Origin: Eledone cirrhosa
Taxonomy: Eukaryota
Direction: 5' to 3'
Assembly: GCA_964016885.1 (NCBI GenBank)
Contig: OZ024750.1
Location: 38,130,001-38,194,000 of the forward strand
Length of the DNA: 64,000 bases
Below are positions 1 through 15,350 of this stretch, piece after piece; the stretch's first letter is position 1; each line of letters starts with the position of its first letter. The notes under the pieces were generated by a model that did not search any database, had not been told where the DNA came from, and was given only the letters and a program-made list of their open reading frames with translations. Made by a program: the position numbers and the translations under genes.

Positions 1-3000
1 ACATGTACACTGTATGCGATGTACCATGAAGCTATGACTAACCTGTACACTGTATGTGATGTACCATGATGCTATGACTAACCTGTACACTGTATGTGAT
101 GTACCATGAAGCTATGGCTAACCTGTACACTGTATGTGATGTACCATGAAGCTGTAGGTAAGCTGTACACTGTATGTGATGTACCATGAAGCTATGACTA
201 ACCTGTACACTGTATATGATGTACCATGAAGCTATGGCTAACCTGTACACTGTATGTGATGTACCATGAAGCTATGACTAACCTATACACTGTATGTGAT
301 GTACCATGAAGCTATGACTAAACCTTACACTGTATGTGATGTACCATGAAGCTATGGCTAACCTGTACACTGTATGTGATGTACCATGAAGCTATGGCTA
401 ACCTGTACACTGTATGTGATGTAGCATGAAGTTATAGCTAATCTGTACACTGTATGTGATGTAACATGAAGCTATAGCTAACCTCTACACTGTATGTGAT
501 GTACCATGAAGCTATGACTAACCTGTACACTGTATGTGATGTACCATGAAGCTATAGCTAACCTATACACTGTATGTGATGTACCATGAAGCTAAGACTA
601 ACCTGTACACTGTATGTGATGTACCATGAAGCTACAACTAACCTATACACTGTATGTGATGTACCATAAAGCTATGACTAACCTGTACACTGTATGTGAT
701 GTACCATGAAGCTATGACTAACATGTACACTGTATGTGATATACCATGAAGCTATGACTAACCTGTACACTGTATGTGATGTACCATGAAGCTATGCTAA
801 ACGGTACACTGTTTGTGATGTACCATGAAGCTATGGCTAACCTGTACACTGTATGTGATGTACCATGAAGCTATAGGTAAGCTGTACACTGTATGTGATG
901 TACCATGAAGCTATGACTAACCTGTACACTGTATGTGATGTACCATGAAGCTATGGCTAACCTGTACACTGTATGTGATGTACCATGAAGCTATGACTAA
1001 CCTATACACTGTATGTGATGTACCATGAAGCTATGACTAAACTTTACACTGTATGTGATGTACCATGAAGCTATGGCTAACCTGTACACTGTATGTGATG
1101 TACCATGAAGCTATGACTAACCTGTACACTGTATGTGATGTACCATGAAGCTATGGCTAACCTGTACACTGTATGTGATGTACCATGAAGCTATGGCTAA
1201 CCTGTACACTGTATGTGATGTACCATGAAGCTATGACTAACCTGTACACTGTATGTGATGTACCATGAAGCTATAGCTAACCTATACACTGTATGTGATG
1301 TACCATGAAGCTATGACTAATCTGTACACTGTATGTGATGTACCATGAAGCTATGGCTAACCTGTACACCGTATGTGATGTAACATGAAGCTATAGCTAA
1401 CCTGTACACTGTATGTGATGTACCATGAAGCTATGACTAACCTGTACACTGTATGTGATGTACCATGAAGCTATGACTAACCTGTACACTGTATGTGATG
1501 TACCATGAAGCTATGGCTAACCTGTACACTGTACGTGATGTACCATGAAGCTATGACTAACCTGTACACTGTATATGATGTACCATGAAGCTATGACTAA
1601 CATGTACACTGTATGCGATGTACCATGAAGCTATGACTAACCTGTACACTGTATGTAATGTACCATGAAGCTATGACCAACCTGTACACTGTATGTGATG
1701 TACCATGAAGCTATAGGTAACCTGTACACTGTATGTGATGTACCATGAAGCTATGACTAACCTGTACACTGTATGTGATGTACCATGAAGCTATGACTAA
1801 CCTGTACACTGTATGTGATGTACCATGAAGCTATGACTAACCTATACACTCTATGTGATGTACCATGAAGCTATGACTAACCTTTACACTTTATGTGATG
1901 TACCATGAATTATATGACTAACCTGTACACTGTATGTGATGTACCATGAAGCTATGACTAACCTATACACTGTATGTGATGTACCATGAAGCTATGACTA
2001 ACCTTTACACTGTATGTGATGTACCATGAAGCTATGGCTAACCTGTACACTGTATGTGATGTACAATGAAGCTATGGCTAACCTGTACACTGTATGTGAT
2101 GTACCATGAAGCTATGGCTAACCTGTACACTGTATGTGATGTACCATGAAGCTATGGCTAACCTGTACACTGTATGTGATGTACCATGAAGTTATATCTA
2201 ATCTGTACACTGTATGTGATGTAACATGAAGCTATAGCTAACCTGTACACTGTATGTGATGTACCATGAAGCTATGACTAACCTGTACACTGTATGTGAT
2301 GTACCATGAAGCTATAGCTAACCTATACACTGTATGTGATGTACCATGAAGCTATGACTAACCTGTACACTGTATGTGATGTACCATGAAGCTATGACTA
2401 ACCTATACACTGTATGTGATGTACCATGAAGCTATGACTAACATGTAACCTGTATGTGATGTACCATGAAGCTATGACTAACCTGTACACTGTATGTGAT
2501 GTACCATGAAGCTATGCTAACCTGTACACTGTATGTGATGTACCATGAAGCTATGGCTAACCTGTACACTGTATGTGATGTACCATGAAGTTATAGCTAA
2601 TCTGTACACTGTATGTGATGTAACATGAAGCTATAGCTAACCTGTACACTGTATGTGATGTACCATGAAGCTATGACTAACCTGTACACTGTATGTGATG
2701 TACCATGAAGCTATAGCTAACCTATACACTGTATGTGATGTACCATGAAGCTATGACTAACCTGTACACTGTATGTGATGTACCATGAAGCTATGACTAA
2801 CCTATACACTGTATGTGATGTACCATGAAGCTATGACTAACCTGTACACTGTATGTGATGTACCATGAAGCTATGACTAACATGTAACCTGTATGTGTTG
2901 TACCATGAAGCTATGACTAACCTGTACACTGTATGTGATGTACCATGAAGCTATGCTAACCTGTACACTGTATGTGATGTACCATGAAGCTATGGCTAAC

Positions 3001-3039
3001 CTGTACACTGTATGTGATGTAACATGAAGCTATAGCTAA

Positions 3040-5280
3040 CCTGTACACTGTATGTGATGTACCATGAAGCTATGACTAACCTGTACACTGTATGTGATGT
3101 ACCATGAAGCTATGACTAACCCGTACACTGTATGTGATGTAACATGAAGCTATAGCTAACCTCTACACTGTATGTGATGTACCATGAAGCTATGACTAAC
3201 CTGTACACTGTATGTGATGTACCATGAAGCTATAGCTAACCTATACACTGTATGTGATGTACCATGAAGCTATGACTAATCTGTACACTGTATGTGATGT
3301 ACCATGAAGCTATGGCTAACCTGTACACCGTATGTGATGTAACATGAAGCTATAGCTAACCTGTACACTGTATGTGATGTACCATGAAGCTATGACTAAC
3401 CTGTACACTGTATGTGATGTACCATGAAGCTATGACTAACCTGTACACTGTATGTGATGTACCATGAAGCTATCACTAACCTGTACACTGTATGTGATGT
3501 ACCATGAAGCTATGACTAACCTGTACACTGTATGTGATGTACCATGAAGCTATGACTAACCTATACACTGTATGTGATGTACCATGAAGCTATGACTAAC
3601 CTTTACACTGTATGTGATGTACCATGAATTCTATGACTAACCTGTACACTGTATGTGATGTACCATGAAGCTATGACTAACCTATACACTGTATGTGATG
3701 TACCATGAAGCTATGACTAACCTTTACACTGTATGTGATGTACCATGAAGCTATGGCTAACCTGTACACTGTATGTGATGTACCATGAAGCTATGGCTAA
3801 CCTGTACACTGTATGTGATGTACCATGAAGTTATAGCTAATCTGTACACTGTATGTGATGTAACATGAAGCTATAGCTAACCTGTACACTGTATGTGATG
3901 TACCATGAAGCTATGACTAACCTGTACACTGTATGTGATGTACCATGAAGCTATAGCTAACCTATACACTGTATGTGATGTACCATGAAGCTATGACTAA
4001 CCTGTACACTGTATGTGATGTACCATGAAGCTATGACTAACCTATACACTGTATGTGATGTACCATGAAGCTATGACTAACCTGTACACTGTATGTTATG
4101 TACCATGAAGCTATGACTAACATGTAACCTGTATGTGATGTACCATGAAGCTATGACTAACCTGTACACTGTATGTGATGTACCATGAAGCTATGACTAA
4201 CCTGTACACTGTATGTGATGTACCATGAAGCTATGACTAACCCGTACACTGTATGTGATGTAACATGAAGCTATAGCTAACCTCTACACTGTATGTGATG
4301 TACCATGAAGCTATGACTAACCTGTACACTGTATGTGATGTACCATGAAGCTATAGCTAACCTATACACTGTATGTGATGTACCATGAAGCTATGACTAA
4401 TCTGTACACTGTATGTGATGTACCATGAAGCTATGGCTAACCTGTACACCGTATGTGATGTAACATGAAGCTATAGCTAACCTGTACACTGTATGTGATG
4501 TACCATGAAGCTATGACTAACCTGTACACTGTATGTGATGTACCATGAAGCTATGACTAACCTGTACACTGTATGTGATGTACCATGAAGCTATCACTAA
4601 CCTGTACACTGTATGTGATGTACCATGAAGCTATGACTAACCTGTACACTGTATGTGATGTACCATGAAGCTATGACTAACCTATACACTGTATGTGATG
4701 TACCATGAAGCTATGACTAACCTTTACACTGTATGTGATGTACCATGAATTCTATGACTAACCTGTACACTGTATGTGATGTACCATGAAGCTATGACTA
4801 ACCTATACACTGTATGTGATGTACCATGAAGCTATGACTAACCTTTACACTGTATGTGATGTACCATGAAGCTATGGCTAACCTGTACACTGTATGTGAT
4901 GTACCATGAAGCTATGGCTAACCTGTACACTGTATGTGATGTACCATGAAGTTATAGCTAATCTGTACACTGTATGTGATGTAACATGAAGCTATAGCTA
5001 ACCTGTACACTGTATGTGATGTACCATGAAGCTATGACTAACCTGTACACTGTATGTGATGTACCATGAAGCTATAGCTAACCTATACACTGTATGTGAT
5101 GTACCATGAAGCTATGACTAACCTGTACACTGTATGTGATGTACCATGAAGCTATGACTAACCTATACACTGTATGTGATGTACCATGAAGCTATGACTA
5201 ACCTGTACACTGTATGTTATGTACCATGAAGCTATGACTAACATGTAACCTGTATGTAATGTACCATGAAGCTATGACTA
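3040..5280. repeat. Tandem block duplication, period 1,121 bp (28 monomers), 2 copies
   Basis: Rare variants recur at +1121: CCGTAC 3121/4242, GAATTC 3626/4747, GTATGTTAT 4091/5212, CATGTAACC 4121/5242. Boundaries are approximate. Confidence 0.88.
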
Positions 5281-8200
5281 ACCTGTACACTGTATGTGAT
5301 GTACCATGAAGCTATGCTAACCTGTACACTGTATGTGATGTACCATGAAGCTATGGCTAACCTGTACAATGTATGTGATGTACCATGGAGCTATGACTAA
5401 CCTATACACTGTATGTGATGTACCATGAAGCTATGACTAACCTGTACACTGTATGTGATGTACCATGAAGCTATGGCTAAACTGTACACTGTATGTGACT
5501 TACCATGAAGCTATGGCTAACCTGTACACTGTATGTGATGTACCATGAAGCTATGACTAACCTGTACACTGTATATGATGTACCATGAAGCTATGACTAA
5601 CATGTACACTGTATGCGATGTACCATGAAGCTATGACTAACCTATACACTGTATGTGATGTACCATGAAGCTATGACTAACATGTACACTGTATGTGATG
5701 TACCATGAAGCTATGACTAACCTGTACACTGTATGTGATGTACCATGAATCTATGGCTAACCTGTACACTGTATGTGATGTACCATGAAGCTATGACTAA
5801 CCTATACACTGTATGTGATGTACCATGAAGCTATGACTAACCTGTACACCGTATGTGATGTACCATGAAGCTATAACTAACCTATACACTGTATGTGATG
5901 TACCATGAAGCTATGACTAACCTGTACACTGTATGTGATGTACCATGAAGCTATAGCTAACCTGTACACTGTATGTGATGTACCATGAAGCTATGACTAA
6001 CCTGTACACTGTATGTGATGTACCATGAAGCTATGACTAACCTGTACACTGTATGTGATGTAGCATGAAGCTATAGCTAAACTGTACACTCTATGTGATG
6101 TACCATGAAGCTATGACTAACCTGTACACTGTATGCGATGTACCATGAAGCTATAGCTAACCTATACACTTTATGTGATGTACCATGAAGCTATGACTAA
6201 CCTGTACACTGTATGTGATGTACCATGAAGCTATGGCTAACCTGTACACTGTATATGATGTAACATGAAGCTATAGCTAACCTGTACACTGTATGTGATG
6301 TACCATGAAGCTATGACTAACCTGTACACTGTATGTGATGTACCATGAAGCTATGACTAACCTGTACACTGTATGTGATGTACCATGAAGCTATGGCTAA
6401 CCTGTACACTGTATGTGATGTACCATGAAGCTATGACTAACCTATACACTGTATGTCATGTACCATGAAGCTATGACTAAACTTTACACTGTATGTGATG
6501 TACCATGAAGCTATGGCTAACCTGTACACTGTATGTGATGTACCATGAAGCTATGGCTAACCTGTACACTGTATGTGATGTACCATGAAGTTATAGCTAA
6601 TCTGTACACTGTATGTGATGTAGCATGAAGCTTTAGCTAACCTGTACACTGTATGTGATGTACCATGAAGCTATGACTAACCTGTACACTGTATGTGATG
6701 TACCATGAAGCTATAGCTAACCTATACACTGTATGTGATGTACCATGAAGCTATGACTAACCTGTACACTGTATGTGATGTACCATGAAGCTATGACTAA
6801 CATGTACACTGTATGTGATGTACCATGAAGCTATGACTAACCTGTACACTGTATGTGATGTACCATGAAGCTATGCTAAACGGTACACTGTTTGTGATGT
6901 ACCATGAAGCTATGGCTAACCTGTACAATGTATGTGATGTACCATGAAGCTATGACTAACCTATACACTGTATGTGATGTACCATGAAGCTATGACTAAC
7001 CTGTACACTGTATGTGATGTACCATGAAGCTATGGCTAACCTGTACACTGTATGTGATGTACCATGAAGCTATGGCTAAGCTGTACACTGTATGTGATGT
7101 ACCATGAAGCTATGACTAACCTGTACACTGTATGTGATGTACCATGAAGCTATAGCTAACCTGTACCCTGTATGTGATGTACCATGAAGCTATGGCTAAC
7201 CTGTACACTGTATGTGATGTACCATGAAGCTATGACTAACCTGTACACTGTATGTGATGTACCATGAAGCTATAGCTATCCTATACACTGTATGTGATGT
7301 ACCATGAAGCTATGGTTAACATGTACACTGTATGTGATGTACCATGAAGCTATGACTAACTTGTACACTGTATGTGATGTACCATGAAGCTATGGCTAAC
7401 CTGTACACTGTGTGTGATGTACCATGAAGCTATGGCTAACCTGTACACTGTATGTGATGTACCATGAAGCTATGGCTAACCTGTACACTGTATGTGATGT
7501 ACCATGAAGCTATGTCTAACCTGTACACTGTATGTGATGTACCATGAAGCTATGGCTAACCTGTACACTGTATGTGATGTACCATGAAGCTATGACTAAC
7601 CTGTACATTGTATGTGATGTACCATGAAGCTATAGCTAACCTGTACACTGTATGTGATGTACCATGAAGCTATGGCTAACCTGTACACTGTATGTGATGT
7701 ACCATGAAGCTATGACTAACCTGTACACTGTATATAATGTACCATGAAGCTATGACTAACCTTTACACTGTATGTGATGTACCATGAAGCTATGGCTAAC
7801 ATGTACACTGTATGTGATGTACCATGAAGCTATGACTAACCTGTACACTGTATGTGATGTACCATGAAGCTATGCCTAACCTGTACACTGTATGTGATGT
7901 ACCATGAAGCTCTGGCTAACCTGTACACTGTATGTGATGTACCATGAAGCTATGACTAACTTGTACACTGTATATGATGTACCATGAAGCTATGACTAAC
8001 ATGTACACTGTATGCGATGTACCATGAAGCTATGACTAACCTGTACACTGTATGTGATGTACCATGAAGCTATGACTAACCTGTACACTGTATGTGATGT
8101 ACCATGAAGCTATGGCTAACCTGTACACTGTATGTGATGTAACATGAAGCTATATCTAACCTGTACACTGTATGTGATGTACCATGAAGCTATGACTAAC

Positions 8201-11200
8201 CTGTACACTGTATGTGATGTACCATGAAGCTATGACTAACCCGTACACTGTATGTGATGTACCATGAAGCTATAGCTAACCTCTACACTGTATGTGATGT
8301 ACCATGAAGCTATGACTAACCTGTACACTGTATGTGATGTACCATGAAGCTATAGCTAACCTATACACTGTATGTGATGTACCATGAAGCTATGACTAAT
8401 CTGTACACTGTATGTGATGTACCATGAAGCTATGGCTAACCTGTACACCGTATGTGATGTAACATGAAGCTATAGCTAACCTGTACACTGTATGTGATGT
8501 ACCATGAAGCTATGACTAACCTGTACACTGTATGTGATGTACCATGAAGCTATGACTAACCTGTACACTGTATGTGATGTACCATGAAGCTATCACTAAC
8601 CTGTACACTGTATGTGATGTACCATGAAGCTATGACTAACCTGTACACTGTATGTGATGTACCATGAAGCTATGACTAACCTATACACTGTATGTGATGT
8701 ACCATGAAGCTATGACTAACCTTTACACTGTATGTGATGTACCATGAATTCTATGACTAACCTGTACACTGTATGTGATGTACCATGAAGCTATGACTAA
8801 CCTATACACTGTATGTGATGTACCATGAAGCTATGACTAACCTTTACACTGTATGTGATGTACCATGAAGCTATGGCTAACCTGTACACTGTATGTGATG
8901 TACCATGAAGCTATGGCTAACCTGTACACTGTATGTGATGTACCATGAAGTTATAGCTAATCTGTACACTGTATGTGATGTAACATGAAGCTATAGCTAA
9001 CCTGTACACTGTATGTGATGTACCATGAAGCTATGACTAACCTGTACACTGTATGTGATGTACCATGAAGCTATAGCTAACCTATACACTGTATGTGATG
9101 TACCATGAAGCTATGACTAACCTGTACACTGTATGTGATGTACCATGAAGCTATGACTAACCTATACACTGTATGTGATGTACCATGAAGCTATGACTAA
9201 CCTGTACACTGTATGTGATGTACCATGAAGCTATGACTAACATGTAACCTGTATGTGATGTACCATGAAGCTATGACTAACCTGTAAACTGTATGTGATG
9301 TACCATGAAGCTATGCTAACCTGTACACTGTATGTGATGTACCATGAAGCTATGGCTAACCTGTACAATGTATGTGATGTACCATGGAGCTATGACTAAC
9401 CTATACACTGTATGTGATGTACCATGAAGCTATGACTAACCTGTACACTGTATGTGATGTACCATGAAGCTATGGCTAAACTGTACACTGTATGTGACTT
9501 ACCATGAAGCTATGGCTAACCTGTACACTGTATGTGATGTACCATGAAGCTATGACTAACCTGTACACTGTATATGATGTACCATGAAGCTATGACTAAC
9601 ATGTACACTGTATGCGATGTACCATGAAGCTATGACTCACCTGTACACTGTATGTGATGTACCATGAAGCTATAGCTAATCTGTACACTGTATGTGATGT
9701 AACATGAAGCTATAGCTAACCTGTACACTGTATGTGATGTACCATGAAGCTATGACTAACCTGTACACTGTATGTGATGTACCATGAAGCTATGACTAAC
9801 CTGTACACTGTATGTGATGTACCATGAAGCTATGACTAACCCGTACACTGTATGTGATGTAACATGAAGCTATAGCTAACCTCTACACTGTATGTGATGT
9901 ACCATGAAGCTATGACTAACCTGTACACTGTATGTGATGTACCATGAAGCTATAGCTAACCTATACACTGTATGTGATGTACCATGAAGCTATGACTAAT
10001 CTGTACACTGTATGTGATGTACCATGAAGCTATGGCTAACCTGTACACCGTATGTGATGTAACATGAAGCTATAGCTAACCTGTACACTGTATGTGATGT
10101 ACCATGAAGCTATGACTAACCTGTACACTGTATGTGATGTACCATGAAGCTATGACTAACCTGTACACTGTATGTGATGTACCATGAAGCTATCACTAAC
10201 CTGTACACTGTATGTGATGTACCATGAAGCTATGACTAACCTGTACACTGTATGTGATGTACCATGAAGCTATGACTAACCTATACACTGTATGTGATGT
10301 ACCATGAAGCTATGACTAACCTTTACACTGTATGTGATGTACCATGAATTCTATGACTAACCTGTACACTGTATGTGATGTACCATGAAGCTATGACTAA
10401 CCTATACACTGTATGTGATGTACCATGAAGCTATGACTAACCTTTACACTGTATGTGATGTACCATGAAGCTATGGCTAACCTGTACACTGTATGTGATG
10501 TACCATGAAGCTATGGCTAACCTGTACACTGTATGTGATGTACCATGAAGTTATAGCTAATCTGTACACTGTATGTGATGTAACATGAAGCTATAGCTAA
10601 CCTGTACACTGTATGTGATGTACCATGAAGCTATGACTAACCTGTACACTGTATGTGATGTACCATGAAGCTATAGCTAACCTATACACTGTATGTGATG
10701 TACCATGAAGCTATGACTAACCTGTACACTGTATGTGATGTACCATGAAGCTATGACTAACCTATACACTGTATGTGATGTACCATGAAGCTATGACTAA
10801 CCTGTACACTGTATGTTATGTACCATGAAGCTATGACTAACATGTAACCTGTATGTAATGTACCATGAAGCTATGACTAACCTGTACACTGTATGTGATG
10901 TACCATGAAGCTATGCTAACCTGTACACTGTATGTGATGTACCATGAAGCTATGGCTAACCTGTACAATGTATGTGATGTACCATGGAGCTATGACTAAC
11001 CTATACACTGTATGTGATGTACCATGAAGCTATGACTAACCTGTACACTGTATGTGATGTACCATGAAGCTATGGCTAAACTGTACACTGTATGTGACTT
11101 ACCATGAAGCTATGGCTAACCTGTACACTGTATGTGATGTACCATGAAGCTATGACTAACCTGTACACTGTATATGATGTACCATGAAGCTATGACTAAC

Positions 11201-14200
11201 ATGTACACTGTATGCGATGTACCATGAAGCTATGACTAACCTATACACTGTATGTGATGTACCATGAAGCTATGACTAACATGTACACTGTATGTGATGT
11301 ACCATGAAGCTATGACTAACCTGTACACTGTATGTGATGTACCATGAATCTATGGCTAACCTGTACACTGTATGTGATGTACCATGAAGCTATGACTAAC
11401 CTATACACTGTATGTGATGTACCATGAAGCTATGACTAACCTGTACACCGTATGTGATGTACCATGAAGCTATAACTAACCTATACACTGTATGTGATGT
11501 ACCATGAAGCTATGACTAACCTGTACACTGTATGTGATGTACCATGAAGCTATAGCTAACCTGTACACTGTATGTGATGTACCATGAAGCTATGACTAAC
11601 CTGTACACTGTATGTGATGTACCATGAAGCTATGACTAACCTGTACACTGTATGTGATGTAGCATGAAGCTATAGCTAAACTGTACACTCTATGTGATGT
11701 ACCATGAAGCTATGACTAACCTGTACACTGTATGCGATGTACCATGAAGCTATAGCTAACCTATACACTTTATGTGATGTACCATGAAGCTATGACTAAC
11801 CTGTACACTGTATGTGATGTACCATGAAGCTATGGCTAACCTGTACACTGTATATGATGTAACATGAAGCTATAGCTAACCTGTACACTGTATGTGATGT
11901 ACCATGAAGCTATGACTAACCTGTACACTGTATGTGATGTACCATGAAGCTATGACTAACCTGTACACTGTATGTGATGTACCATGAAGCTATGGCTAAC
12001 CTGTACACTGTATGTGATGTACCATGAAGCTATGACTAACCTATACACTGTATGTCATGTACCATGAAGCTATGACTAAACTTTACACTGTATGTGATGT
12101 ACCATGAAGCTATGGCTAACCTGTACACTGTATGTGATGTACCATGAAGCTATGGCTAACCTGTACACTGTATGTGATGTACCATGAAGTTATAGCTAAT
12201 CTGTACACTGTATGTGATGTAGCATGAAGCTTTAGCTAACCTGTACACTGTATGTGATGTACCATGAAGCTATGACTAACCTGTACACTGTATGTGATGT
12301 ACCATGAAGCTATAGCTAACCTATACACTGTATGTGATGTACCATGAAGCTATGACTAACCTGTACACTGTATGTGATGTACCATGAAGCTATGACTAAC
12401 ATGTACACTGTATGTGATGTACCATGAAGCTATGACTAACCTGTACACTGTATGTGATGTACCATGAAGCTATGCTAAACGGTACACTGTTTGTGATGTA
12501 CCATGAAGCTATGGCTAACCTGTACAATGTATGTGATGTACCATGAAGCTATGACTAACCTATACACTGTATGTGATGTACCATGAAGCTATGACTAACC
12601 TGTACACTGTATGTGATGTACCATGAAGCTATGGCTAACCTGTACACTGTATGTGATGTACCATGAAGCTATGGCTAAGCTGTACACTGTATGTGATGTA
12701 CCATGAAGCTATGACTAACCTGTACACTGTATGTGATGTACCATGAAGCTATAGCTAACCTGTACCCTGTATGTGATGTACCATGAAGCTATGGCTAACC
12801 TGTACACTGTATGTGATGTACCATGAAGCTATGACTAACCTGTACACTGTATGTGATGTACCATGAAGCTATAGCTATCCTATACACTGTATGTGATGTA
12901 CCATGAAGCTATGGTTAACATGTACACTGTATGTGATGTACCATGAAGCTATGACTAACTTGTACACTGTATGTGATGTACCATGAAGCTATGGCTAACC
13001 TGTACACTGTGTGTGATGTACCATGAAGCTATGGCTAACCTGTACACTGTATGTGATGTACCATGAAGCTATGGCTAACCTGTACACTGTATGTGATGTA
13101 CCATGAAGCTATGTCTAACCTGTACACTGTATGTGATGTACCATGAAGCTATGGCTAACCTGTACACTGTATGTGATGTACCATGAAGCTATGACTAACC
13201 TGTACATTGTATGTGATGTACCATGAAGCTATAGCTAACCTGTACACTGTATGTGATGTACCATGAAGCTATGGCTAACCTGTACACTGTATGTGATGTA
13301 CCATGAAGCTATGACTAACCTGTACACTGTATATAATGTACCATGAAGCTATGACTAACCTTTACACTGTATGTGATGTACCATGAAGCTATGGCTAACA
13401 TGTACACTGTATGTGATGTACCATGAAGCTATGACTAACCTGTACACTGTATGTGATGTACCATGAAGCTATGCCTAACCTGTACACTGTATGTGATGTA
13501 CCATGAAGCTCTGGCTAACCTGTACACTGTATGTGATGTACCATGAAGCTATGACTAACTTGTACACTGTATATGATGTACCATGAAGCTATGACTAACA
13601 TGTACACTGTATGCGATGTACCATGAAGCTATGACTAACCTGTACACTGTATGTGATGTACCATGAAGCTATGACTAACCTGTACACTGTATGTGATGTA
13701 CCATGAAGCTATGGCTAACCTGTACACTGTATGTGATGTAACATGAAGCTATATCTAACCTGTACACTGTATGTGATGTACCATGAAGCTATGACTAACC
13801 TGTACACTGTATGTGATGTACCATGAAGCTATGACTAACCCGTACACTGTATGTGATGTACCATGAAGCTATAGCTAACCTCTACACTGTATGTGATGTA
13901 CCATGAAGCTATGACTAACCTGTACACTGTATGTGATGTACCATGAAGCTATAGCTAACCTATACACTGTATGTGATGTACCATGAAGCTATGACTAATC
14001 TGTACACTGTATGTGATGTACCATGAAGCTATGGCTAACCTGTACACCGTATGTGATGTAACATGAAGCTATAGCTAACCTGTACACTGTATGTGATGTA
14101 CCATGAAGCTATGACTAACCTGTACACTGTATGTGATGTACCATGAAGCTATGACTAACCTGTACACTGTATGTGATGTACCATGAAGCTATCACTAACC

Positions 14201-15350
14201 TGTACACTGTATGTGATGTACCATGAAGCTATGACTAACCTGTACACTGTATGTGATGTACCATGAAGCTATGACTAACCTATACACTGTATGTGATGTA
14301 CCATGAAGCTATGACTAACCTTTACACTGTATGTGATGTACCATGAATTCTATGACTAACCTGTACACTGTATGTGATGTACCATGAAGCTATGACTAAC
14401 CTATACACTGTATGTGATGTACCATGAAGCTATGACTAACCTTTACACTGTATGTGATGTACCATGAAGCTATGGCTAACCTGTACACTGTATGTGATGT
14501 ACCATGAAGCTATGGCTAACCTGTACACTGTATGTGATGTACCATGAAGTTATAGCTAATCTGTACACTGTATGTGATGTAACATGAAGCTATAGCTAAC
14601 CTGTACACTGTATGTGATGTACCATGAAGCTATGACTAACCTGTACACTGTATGTGATGTACCATGAAGCTATAGCTAACCTATACACTGTATGTGATGT
14701 ACCATGAAGCTATGACTAACCTGTACACTGTATGTGATGTACCATGAAGCTATGACTAACCTATACACTGTATGTGATGTACCATGAAGCTATGACTAAC
14801 CTGTACACTGTATGTGATGTACCATGAAGCTATAGCTAACCTATACACTGTATGTGGTGTACCATGAAGCTATGACTAACCTGTACACTGTATGTGATGT
14901 ACCATGAAGCTATGACTAACATGTAACCTGTATGTGATGTACCATGAAGCTATGACTAACCTGTAAACTGTATGTGATGTACCATGAAGCTATGCTAACC
15001 TGTACACTGTATGTGATGTACCATGAAGCTATGGCTAACCTGTACAATGTATGTGATGTACCATGGAGCTATGACTAACCTATACACTGTATGTGATGTA
15101 CCATGAAGCTATGACTAACCTGTACACTGTATGTGATGTACCATGAAGCTATGGCTAAACTGTACACTGTATGTGACTTACCATGAAGCTATGGCTAACC
15201 TGTACACTGTATGTGATGTACCATGAAGCTATGACTAACCTGTACACTGTATATGATGTACCATGAAGCTATGACTAACATGTACACTGTATGCGATGTA
15301 CCATGAAGCTATGACTCACCTGTACACTGTATGTGATGTACCATGAAGCT
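4131..15350. repeat. Block duplication, period 5,599 bp (140 monomers), 2 copies (about 4131-9670 and 9730-15350)
   Basis: Variants recur at +5599: CCGTAC 4242/9841, GAATTC 4747/10346 and 8746/14345, CGGTACACTGTTTG 6881/12480, TATATCT 8151/13750. The offset becomes 5679 after an extra two monomers near 14830-14910 (CATGTAACC 9241/14920; TATGACTCAC 9631/15310). Confidence 0.92.

Noticed and set aside
151-170. Splice-donor-like AGGTAAG and branch-point-like CTAAC motifs
   Set aside because: These short motifs are part of the monomer or a recurrent allele. There is no polypyrimidine tract or exon context, so they are not supportable as functional sites.
38-250. 70-aa minus-strand ORF (MYRLAIASWY...)
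   Set aside because: Repeat artefact. The monomer's two CTA triplets (positions 32-34 and 38-40, TAG on the minus strand) stop each frame every 120 bp. The variant GCTGTAGGTA at 151-160 removes both, allowing one read-through. The peptide is just the 40-aa translation period of the satellite.
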